Source: Phoronis australis
Taxonomy: Eukaryota; Animalia; Phoronida
Direction of reading: 5' to 3'
DNA: 64,000 nt
NCBI GenBank assembly: GCA_002633005.1
Contig: NMRA01000610.1
Coordinates: 185,134-249,133 of the forward strand
In this document: positions 15,401 through 27,400 of the stretch, in pieces
How the letters are laid out: each line of letters begins with the position of its first letter
Position numbering within the stretch: the stretch's first letter is position 1
Program-made: the position numbers and the translations under genes
Notes under the pieces: model-generated
Seen by the model: only the letters and a program-made list of their open reading frames with translations
What the model was told of the DNA's origin: nothing
The model's database searches: none

Positions 15401-18400
15401 CAATCTATTGGCCACTGCACTTTGCACCTCACCTTACTATTGTTGCTCCACACTGTACTTCACCCTACTATTGCTGCACCACACTGTACCTCACCCTACT
15501 ATTGCTGCACCACACTGTAGCTCACCTTAATAGCTTGTGACTCCATGGCTGCCTTATTGGCCACTGCCTCATCAGCCTCCACTACTTTCTTCACCGCCTC
15601 TACTTCCTCTGTCTCCTTCTCAATCACTTTGATCAGATCCTCCGTCTCCTTGCTAGTCTTGATCAACATCGGCTGTAGCTCCTGCAACTCTTCTTTCATC
15701 ACCGAGATCTGGGAAGAACAAAAAATAATCATGTAAACTAAAAGAACCTGCTATCAGCCGGGAAAAAGAAGAAAATCTACAGAAAAGTCATTAATTTAAA
15801 AACAAAACTATAGAAAAACTCTGTTCTGCATGCCACCTGTTGGTCACGTTATGTAATGTGACCAACAGGAGGCACGCAGACCAGAATTAAAATTGTTCAT
15901 GATCTATATTTCTACGCCAATTCAACATCAATTCAAAAAAAAACTGACAATTATCCATTCTTTCTTTAATGAAGACAGCTGAAGACAGCACAAAACTGGT
16001 AAAGAAAGATCCAGCTTCTGGAACACAGAACAGATGAAGGTCCGATTACTTGATAGGAAAAAATAAAATACCTTGAAGGTTCTGCTGCTTGGAAAGAAGA
16101 TATGAGATAAAAAAAATCTTTGAAGCTACCAACAGAAAATATTTTGAAAAATTGCAGGCATTCAGAACATTCTGGTATAAGTCCTTGAACAATATATCAA
16201 AACGAAAAAAGTTCAATTTTGGCAATAACTTGACGTCCGATATAGGTGGGATATTACCGTAGTCTGGAAAACCTGACAATTAGAACAGCCTCGGTACATT
16301 ACCTGTGACTCTGAGAATTCTAGCTTCTCCAGGCCAATCACGTATCTGTCCTTCAACGTCAGTAGCTCCATACGTTTCATATTCAGCAAGTTCTTGAAGG
16401 TTTTGATCAGCTCCAAATAGGACGTGGGCGTCACGTAATTCACACGGCGCATTGTCTCGTAATACCTGCAAATTTACAGACATAATGGTCACAAAGGCAT
16501 TTTCATGATGATGACATACAAATTCGGTTAAGCCTATAACCTACATTGATTGCCATAGCCAAGATCAGCCCCTACAAAAATTTGCTAGCAGCAGATTAGT
16601 CAAGCAGACGTCAGGTTTTAATAATTAATATACTCTAGGTGAATAATCATCTATTACGCTATAGGTGCAATATTAATGTGTATGAATGATTTAATTAATA
16701 ACAAAGACCAGTTTTTGACTGCTGTTTTTAGTCACCTAATATACAACGTATAAGATACAGCACAAGGTAAAAATGGCCAGATAAAATGACGCAGAAATTT
16801 AACTCCACGTCACGATGGCTGAGCTCAAGTGCAACTCACCATCAGTATATCAGAAATGATGAGTTGGGAAACAAAATTTTGTTCGGCTATTTTTGGCATT
16901 TACTGTATTCATCAAGTTATATCAACGGCTGCACGCTCCTTACACGGGGCAAGTGCTTCAGTGTTGCCTGAGTTTCCTAGGACTCACCTCTCCGACATCG
17001 CCCGTACACTCTGATGGAAGTGTTTACACATGACGACAGACTCTTCACGCACTTCATTGGACATCTCGATGTCGTCTAAGAACTTATGGGCCACCAATTC
17101 CAGAGCATCGTCAGGCCACGCCTGTCGACAAGGGGGGAAATGATCATGCTTGGTTGACTATGTCAATTTATGATATCACATTGCACAATACGACTCTCTT
17201 ATTGTTTAACAGGCAAGGTAACGCAGAACAGCGAGAATTGGCGATTTGTAATAAAGCACGACAGATTTTAATGTTTTACAGCTCTGATCAAAGCTAAAAA
17301 CTTCAAGAAGTCTAGAAGTATACTACCAAACAATACTCTCAAACTGCATTTTCTTGTCGTTCACAAAAACATTTAATAGACGTCACATTGAATACAAAGC
17401 CACACAAACAAAATAAAAACGTTCAGTTTTAAACATACATTCAGTGCAATGTGGGAAAATGAACATAGAAACTGAACAAGCCCGCAGGAAAAAGTACAAT
17501 TCGATGTACACGGGTAATTCAGTGCACATATAAGTCATCTTCCTCACTGTCACTCACCTTGAACCAGTCAATCGTACAACAGTTGATAAGCGAGGGAAAC
17601 ATTCTCAGTCTGTTGCGGAAAGCGTCCCCTATGGGACTGAAGGCCAGCACAACGTGCAAGTTTCTTCTGATTCGCTCAATGAATTTGTTATACATGTTCA
17701 GGGGCGTCACCTCGACCTGGGCATTCTCCAGCTGGGCTATGGTTTGCATCTGGAGAAGCCAATGTTATAGATTACAAGGATGCTTAAACACAAGATCGCA
17801 CATTAGAGTTCTAAGTTCTGTCTCATCACAGTTTTTTTGACTTCTGAATACTAAACTAACTATAAGTGAGATTACATATTGAACTTTACAAAATGGTGTT
17901 TAAATCACTGTTACAAATGAAAAACCAGAACAATCTGAAAAACACGGGTTGGTTTGTATGTTTTCCAGACCAATTTACTGGTTTCCGAGTTGGACATGAT
18001 TAAAACATCCTTAATCTGTTTAACAAGTGCCATTTCTACAAATTAAAATGCGACTAGCTGACTTCAACAGAAGATGAAAACAATAGGCTATTAAGGACAT
18101 TGCAAAAATAATCAAGAGACAAAACATACAAAAATACGGTGAGTAAATACACCAGCCAAATCAGAAGTTTACCACTCTGACAAAAAATTATCAAAAAATA
18201 ATGTTCTTCTTTACAAAAACTGATTCAGAAGTCTTACAGCTTCTATTATCTCCAGTCGCTCTTCATTTTCGTACAAGTTCGGGATGTCGGCCGTGTTCAG
18301 AATCATGTTGATGTCTTCCAAGAATGATTCATCCTGAAATATAGAACACACATGATAGTCTAATCATGGTTAAAGATCCTAGAGCCAATCTTTGAAGACA

Positions 18401-21400
18401 ACTTAACTTTGACAGACGTGTAAAATAAGACACACCTATCACAACTTTAAAGGCTGTAGGATCTTATTGAAAAGTTTGTGTATTTCTATAGTTAATTTTT
18501 TATCAAGAAAACTTTTTAATAGATGAGATTTTAAATCAGGAAAAGTTACAACAGTCACTAATTATATCTTAAGTCTGCAGAGCTTGATTGCAATGAGTTT
18601 ATACCAATCAGCCATTAAGGTTATCTTATTAGTAAAATTTGACAAGAAAGAAAAGGTCCATTATAGCAAAACAATGACATCATTAACAAAACCAGATTTC
18701 ATTTGTTACAAATTTTCAAAATGATAACTCAAGAACACCGTTACAGTACACTACAATTTTCTAAATTATCATTTTGTTTTCTAAACGCAATATTAGCAGA
18801 TTAAAGTTTTGATAATGAAAATAAAATCTGCTTCGTGTTAACAATGAAGTCTACAACACGTTACAATAGATGAGATACCTTAATCTGGTGATCCCCAAAC
18901 AAGAATACAGTGGAGATTCCCTCTCGTCCAGCTTGAATCATCATTCCTTTGAGATCGTCCCGCCACTCACTGATGCCGTAGTTCTTAGCGATCTCAATTT
19001 GAAACAGCTGGAAGTCTGCCATAAAACTGGCCAATCGCGCAGCACTCTGACGACCACTGCCTCCAATACCTGTCAAGTACATGTGATGATTCATTTATCA
19101 CTATCAAGCAGACAATCGCCACAGACGTTAAAATAGACATTACTCAGAAAATTAACGACAGCAATTATTACAAACAACAAATTTCTTTTCATAAGGACAA
19201 ACACAACAATGTTAGTTCTGGTCTTCACCAGACTCACTTTGAGACCTGTTCTTACCGAATAAAAACAAAACGTCCACCCGCATAAATTTCAGCCAAGGTC
19301 TTGTGCGTGTTTTTCTTTCAAAAGCTGAACAAAGGCACATCAGCAAGGGTACGCAAGTTTTGAAACGCTATAACTGGCAAGCGATGTGTAAAACAAAATG
19401 AATCCCGCTTCATTTTTGCTCGCCTCCGGATTTTTTGAAAAACAGAGTAACTAAAATGACTCAACAACATCTTAATTTTCAAAAAAAAAAATTACTACAA
19501 CCAGCTACGCTTTTTTGGCTTCATAAGAAAACCACTGCCACACGCCTGTCGTTTGTAGTAAAAGTCCTAGAGCAATTTCTAAAAATGGCCTATACACAGT
19601 CAGGCAGTACCCTAACAAATGTTACTTCTTGTAATGTTGATATTATGCAAAACTGTAATAACATACCTACATGTAATGGCGTCAGACACCTAGTACCTAC
19701 CAACACACAGACAATGTCCGTTAGGTTGTTTGAGGACACGGGCAATACGGGAGACGTGCTCTATGGCGAAACGGAACATGACGAGGTCCATGGGGGCCTT
19801 GGACATCAAGTTGTACTCATCTAGGAACTTCTCCATTTGCTGGAAACAACAACCAGGTAGGTACTGTCAAGTAGTTTGAGATTCATTTGAGAGGTAAAGC
19901 AGAGAACAAGCTTTCATGATTTCATTTGACTCTCTTTTCTCTTAATGGCCGCACTAGATTCACTATGCCAGTTCAACCACATCAACCAGCTGAGACATCT
20001 GATTGGTTTAAGGCAGACGGTCGTCATGGAGAACCAATCAGATGTCTTAGCCATGCAGATGACCCGGCTGAACCAACAAAGTGAATCAAGAGAAGCCATT
20101 TCATTCTAATTTTGAGTAAATTCAAAGACACAAAAACCTTAAGCTACATATTGTTTAAACATGTTGAACATATCATTAGCATTTTGTATTTAATTGAGAA
20201 ATAAAAGTTTGGTAGGTCTGCCACGGGGACATCACCGGGTCCGAGTGTCATCTTCTTACAAATGAGCATCCACAACAGATTTTAGTACTGATGCCGCAGA
20301 GAAAAGATTACTACTAGGGGTAGAATTCCGGTACAAGATAACAATAGGATTATGCAATACAACCTCCAGGATACTCACCAGTCTGAGGGCGTCCAAATCC
20401 GACACCTCGTCATAATACTTCTCCTCGTCTCCACTCGACATGTAGTCACCAAACATAAGGCTCCTGATGTCGTCATCGCACACCTGTTTACCAGGTGTAC
20501 TCAGGTGAGAGAACAGGTTGTTAAACTTCTCTTTGAAGTGTGCCTCCACAGCCGTCTAAAATATTGCCATGGAAACAGGGATGCAGATTATTTTGACAAT
20601 AAAGGAATAGGCAGTAGTAGTAGTAGAAGTAGTAGCAGTGTGTTTATTTCATGTCACATAAAATGCAAAACGACAAATCCAATATTGAACTAAGGAAGAC
20701 CCTGTGAAGGACTTTACAGCCCACTGACCCCAGGGCCACCCATATCTAATACGCAGGTAAGAAATGATAGATTCACAATAAGTATGGCGAATAAATCAAC
20801 AGACACAACAATAAAAATTTTCACTTGTGTACAAATTAATACAATAAAACATTAAACAACAGCAATAAATTCTTCGAACTACAAAGCAATTGGCATGTTG
20901 CAATCATACTGTGACAAAACCACTTTCTGATAGGCAACAGAAAAGAGCAAGCTTGTGAGAGGTGATAGTTTTTATTTATCTTATGTTGTGGTGATTATTC
21001 TTTTTAAGAAATAATAATCCTATTTTTATTAAATTGTGATGCAATGTTTTCAGGTAATAAATTTCAGAATTAATTTCTACATTAAATTCAACACCCATTA
21101 ACTTTTAAAAGGGTGCACCAACGTTTGCTGTCAGGACAGGCACGACCAAACCGCCATCCCTAACCTTTGCCATCTTAAAGAATGTGTCCCTGTCCGCTTC
21201 ATCCACAAGTCTGTCATAGAACACTCTGTAAACCTCGTGTACCCATAGACGGATTATCTTGTGGACCCCGTCAGTACCCTCGGGACACACGGCCGGGTTC
21301 AGTAACAGCACACCCTGGAAGGAAGAAAAAGTTAGAATTAAATAAGAACACGCATTGAGGAAAATGAATCGTGTTCCAGATCATGGACCACAATGAAAGT

Positions 21401-24400
21401 TGCAAAGGAGAAAGATGCAAAAATTTTTTTTAATTTACACCAGACAATATTGTCTGATAAAGAATTAACTTGCTAAGTGTTTAGCCTCATTTTTTGTGAT
21501 ACATTAATTCATGTATCAATCTAATCAATAGCCAATAGGCAATAGCCAATAGGACAGTGGTTTTCAGAACCCTGAGCTATCAGGTATCACCAGGTTCACA
21601 TACAAGGCACCAACTACTTAAAAAAAAATTGCTCTGGACTTTTCTTTTCTGAGAAATTGAACTGTTAGCAGTACAAATTAGTGATTAATAAAAAAGGTTT
21701 TGATTAATATGTTAATAATGTCCCAACAACCTGAAGTATAATAAACTTTGACATCTATTTTTAAAAATTTAAGCAATACAAGCAAAAAACATCAAAGATT
21801 CCATAATTTACTTAGAAAAGTCAGACGTATGTCTAAACCAAACATTCACTAATAATTGGAATCAGACGTTCTACCATAACCTCTGTGCTACATACCTGGA
21901 CAACTCTTGAGAAATCCCTGAGATTGAACAAGTAATGGGACTTAGAAGGGGTGGGCAGAAAATTAGAAATGGCGTTCTGGTATATCTCCAGTGTGGCAGA
22001 AATGATGATCTGAAAATGGATGGTGGTCAAGTCAGTTTCCCGATGAACAACAAGTCTTAAAATGAACACAACATCACCTCATGCAGAATGAACAGTTAAA
22101 ATGAACATCAACCCATAAAATGAACATCCCAAGAACAGGAAGAGCACTCACTACAGACTTGCCATAGGTGAAGTAGCGTGCGTTCAAACATTTCAAAAGA
22201 GTAGCAGCAGTATGTGCCTTAAAGTAATATCTGTGTATCTGGAGGCAGTGTGGCCTGGTTGATAAGTGCCCGCTTTCTTTACTCGAGGTCGTGGGTTCGA
22301 GTCCCACCAGGTCACACTGCTAAACCCTTGAGCCAGGTTTCTAGCTCCTCAGCTCGGTTTTAACCATATATTAATAAAGCATAAAATATTTCCAGGTGAT
22401 CAGTGCAATGGGCCCACATGCGAGGCCTGCGCACGTCTGGTACAACGTGTATCAGACCGCCTGCAATTATTTTTTTATATATCTGGAGGCCTGTTATGAA
22501 TCACCTACCATCCACAATAATTGAATTAATTTATTATTTATATATGATAAGCATCATTTCTAATAATTAATACTGCAATTACAATTTCGGGCATGCTCTA
22601 AGGTTTCCGAATTCGGAAACTACCCAAGCAGGGAAATATCCCCGAACGTGAACAAAACCAAAACAGAAAATAATTTTACCCGTGAGAAGCGTTTCAGCGA
22701 CACGTCAAACCCTCGATCGAAATGCCAGTCCGTGATTGGTGCAAAAATATTCTTCATGGTCTCCTCGTCGAACGAGTCCATACAAATAATGTTGAAGTGA
22801 CGTAGAAAGCGAGCGGTGACCTCGTTACGACCCCCACCAGGGGGCCCCATTGCAGATACCATGATGATGTCAACTAGATGTAGGACACTAGTGTCTTTTC
22901 TGTGGGAACAAAACTCGAGTGTTTCAGACAGGAANAGGCCTGTTATGAATCACCTACCATCCACAATAATTGAATTAATTTATTATTTATTTATGATAAG
23001 CATCACTTCTAATAATTAATACTGCAATTACAATTTCGGGCATGCTCTAAGGTTTCCGAATTTGGTAACTACCCAAGCAGGGAAATATCCCCGAACGTGA
23101 ACAAAACCAAAACAGAAAATAATTTTACCCGTGAGAAGCGTTTCAGCGACACGTCAAACCCTCGATCGAAATGCCAGTCCGTGATTGGTGCAAAAATATT
23201 CTTCATGGTCTCCTCGTCGAACGAGTCCATACAAATAATGTTGAAGTGACGTAGAAAGCGAGCGGTGACCTCGTTACGACCCCCACCAGGGGGCCCCATT
23301 GCAGATACCATGATGATGTCAACTAGATGTAGGACACTAGTGTCTTTTCTGTGGGAACAAAACTCGAGTGTTTCAGACAGGAAGGAAAACTTTTAATGAG
23401 AAGTATTAGCAAATGAAGCCCACATAAACCGGCATGCTAAAATACTTTAAGTATGGTTTAATTTTGTTCAACATAGAAAAATTTTTCAGACTGTTTTTGA
23501 AAGAGCAATTGGAAGACTAGTACACATTAAAGACAACAAGTTAGTGATCAGATAGTGTTTATAATGAATAAAAAAATCTGTGAACGCAGCACCAACTTTG
23601 AATAATTGTCAATAATTTTTAACTGTGGAATTATTGGACCGCATGGATTTCTTTGATTACACCTGAGGCTACTTTCAACTCCAAACTTGGCAATTTTGAC
23701 TTCATGACTTGTCATCGGTGAGTGGGGACTTAATTGAAATATTTCGTAGATTAAATTATAAATAAGCAATCTAACTGGTGTGAAAATGCAACACAAATAT
23801 CCTAACACATATAAGCGCAACGTAGAGCATTGATCCATAATAAAATGAGAATTGCATTTAAGATATGGGGGTCTCATTTTCACAAATATTTCCCCGGTAT
23901 TCCGACGCATCAATACACGGTATCAGTAGATGGCCCTACCTGTCAAACCAATATTTATGGTCAATCCATTGTCTGAGGATCTCAATGGGAGGCTGAGCAC
24001 CATACTTTTCTTTAGCAGGCATGTTGAGGTCATCAACAAATACGCACAGCTTTTTACCAGGAGCAGGACCATATACACCTTTCCTTCGCCTGGAAAAACA
24101 GTTGGTATTAAAGTGCACAATTGGGTAAAGCGTAGCTTACTGTTAAACCAACACTGTCAGTACGGGTTTTCCATACGCTGAGTTAATGAGCAGCCATATT
24201 GGATTGTTCCTCTGAAGTCTCACCTGTCTAATTTGGCAAAGATGACGTCTTGAGTCTGATTGGCCGACGTCTGCGCTGAAAAACTTAGGTTGTTCGGTAT
24301 GTACTTGTCTCGAGGCAAGTCCAGTAAGAATTTATTGGTAATGGCTGACTTCCCAGTTCCTGTTGGACCAACGAATAACACCGGTTTGTCTTGCAGGATG

Positions 24401-27400
24401 AATTTGGTCAGGAAGTACCGTTGGCGCTCTGTCTCGGCGGTGTTGATGATCAGTTCATTAACCTATAAACACAAATATGCTGTTGTCAGCAGAATCAAGA
24501 GAACATGCTATTGCAGACACATACTCGGATAAAATACCAACTTGAGGATAAAAATTACAAACAATGAATAAATAACTCTATGGTAAATAATAGACCGTCC
24601 AGATAAATCTTTCTTTACAGAATATTAACCATTGATTCTTTGCTCTATGCACTAATGCACAGCACAATGAGCTGCAACTGCAACGTTACACGTCAGTAAA
24701 GACACCTTTTCAGTTCTACAGCATTTCAAGGGACAAACAAGTTTGATCGCAAAGAAGCCAAACCCGCCACCTATCATGCAATACCTTCACCACTCTCTCT
24801 TCTCTCTCTCACACACACACGCGCACGTGCACGTGCACACACACACCACACACAACTTAGGTCTTCAAGACATGCAAAGACATTTATGAAGCGCTGGGTA
24901 TTGGTTTTTCACAGAAGCCGTACTGGAGTTTAAACTTCATACACAAACAGACCTACCCAGTGGCACGTAATACTTAGGATTTACTCCATTCACATCTCTT
25001 ATAGAAATGTCAGTAAGTTTGACGTAAATAATTACATTTCTTTGACATTACTGCTCTCACAGTCGCATCAATTTTATCATTGTTGCGTGGTAATTCTTCA
25101 CTTTTTAACAAGCAAATTAGATTCTGTTTTAAATTACCAAATTTGTCCACAAAAGTGCAATAGACAAAGCATGATTAGGCAATTACTGAGCATGGTCTGT
25201 TATTGACTTAGTGTAAATGCTATAAAACAAGATTTATTAGACAAAAGTTAAAGTTTTCATTGTTCATAGCGAAGTTATCAACTTTTGAAAAATGGAAAAT
25301 GACATTTTTGTCAATTATTTTTGAGCAAAACGTGGGGAATTACCCTAAGTTCCCAATTGCCAGCCAGACAAAACACTTTGTTCCGTCTCTTGTATGTGAA
25401 TAAAGTCTTCATCAGAAAAAGACAGTGTGCAGAAAGAGAGACTTTTGGACACATGACATGAAAACACTGGGTATAAACATAGCATGTGAACGCAGTATTG
25501 AAGTGCATGTAGCCTTTTTAATGCGGGGAGGGGGTAAAACAGAGGGTGCAATAATGAGGAGGTGCAGACCCGAGTAACATGCAAACACGTACAGCAGAAA
25601 CAGAACATGCAGACATCAATGACCTTACGAGGAAATAAAAATGTCCGCACATGTAAGAAGCTTATAACTGTTCACAGAGCTAGCCAATAAATAGAAATTA
25701 CAAGTTTGAAATTTTTGACAGTTTAGGTAAAATGTAAGCACTTCCGCGGACCAAAAGCAGCTGAGAAAAGATTCACAACTTTTGCTTTAATTTCTAAGCT
25801 CTTATAATTCAACCAATCGTGCAAAAAGCATAAGGAATGCAACATGTGCATATTCTGCGACAAAATGAAACTCAGTTGATGGACAGTGAGCTCTTTGAAA
25901 ACACATTACAAATTGGACACAAAGACCGAAACTTGCGAAGCTTGTACAAAGGCGGGAGGGAAAAGTGCATGGTCATATCTTACCATTACTCGCAGATCAT
26001 TATCTCGCTAAATTATGACAAAGTAAGAGTCACATTTAAGTAAATCACTGATAAGAACTAAAAATTAAATGTATACGTTTGCAGTATCTTTAAGGGATAT
26101 GCTATACAGAAACTGACATGAAATGAAGCTTAGTGATTGTAAAAATTCTCCGATTTTGGACAGTTTCTGGAATTTGGGACACGGAAGCTTCGACCCGTAA
26201 AAATTTAATTTTCTTGATTATGGAATTTGGGACAAAAGCAATCATGGTGTTCGTTTCATATTGGACAATGTGTTTTCAATATACAGAGTGGGCAATTTCG
26301 ATATTTTGCTGGCGATTCTTGAATTTGTGACGACCAATATTGACTACTTACAGAGTTTGGAACAAGCTCCAAGCTTGAGCAACATAATCAATTAATCACT
26401 GTCCAAAACTGAAAATTTTTACCGTGTAAGGTTGTATAATCTCTAAGAGAAATTATGTTTACAGCCCCTGACATAAATAATGAAGTTTGCATAAATCAAT
26501 TAGTATGCAATTACCTTCAAATAAAACATTATCTAATATAGTTTCATTATGCTCTTTTGATAATAAAGGTATCTATCAAAAACATTTCCGTCTCCATAAG
26601 CACTCAGAGTACACAGTCAGTATATTTAAAGCAAACTATTAACAAACTTAAAAGCACAAGAGCAAGACAAATATCTTTATAGTTACCTTCATGAACTGTA
26701 AAAAAATAAACATAACAAATATTAAACAATTCGGTTAGTAAGTTCACAACATAGCAAAATATCTTCAAGCCACACAGAGGTCACAATTATTTCAAGGTCA
26801 GGGAATTCTACTCAGCCTTTTGTGAAATTGACTGGAAATTAATAAGTGCCTGCTTGCCTTATATTTCTTTCGTTATCGTATGGTATTGTTAAGGAACACA
26901 TCTCTAAGTGGCAGTAAGGAATTAACAAACTTAAGGTGCCGTGGGCCTAATCTCTGTAGTCGAAATCGAAATCAAAATTATATTTTTATTTTTCTAATTC
27001 TATTTTTGTGCAAACTCTTGATAAACGTCAACTTTTCTGTGCTGTGTACATCATCGTTAATGCATTTGAGACTTTACAGTCTAAGTTCACACCTGATGAC
27101 CCCTGAATGGGAGATACAAACTCGTATAAGAACTCGAAATTTCAAGTAAAAACTTGAGCTTTTGAGCTCAAACTTGAACTAATATAATTTTAATTCTGGG
27201 GTCATCAAGTGAAAACTAGGATTAAACAGCGATCGAAGCACTGAGCAAAGAATAACGGACGTCTGTAACTTGTGTTCCCACAAAAGAACAGAAAATGGAA
27301 ATGATATCATTGAGTTTGATTCCGAATACAAAGATGGACCCTTGACCCTGAATCAGCATGTCTTAGCAACATGGCAGCGAGAACATGAAAGTGAAATTGT

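Larger units (their letters stand above)
22487..23383. repeat. 448-bp direct duplication split by one N at 22935 (probable uncollapsed haplotypes)
   Basis: 22487-22934 matches 22936-23383 apart from a few intronic SNPs. Confidence 0.9.

Noticed and set aside
22241-22320. tRNA gene
   Set aside because: No intact cloverleaf; it continues into a body shared with 38311 onward, so it is a SINE head.
27092-27120. CUGAUGA plus short stem resembling a hammerhead
   Set aside because: No GAAA box or stem I; explained by the foldback element arm.
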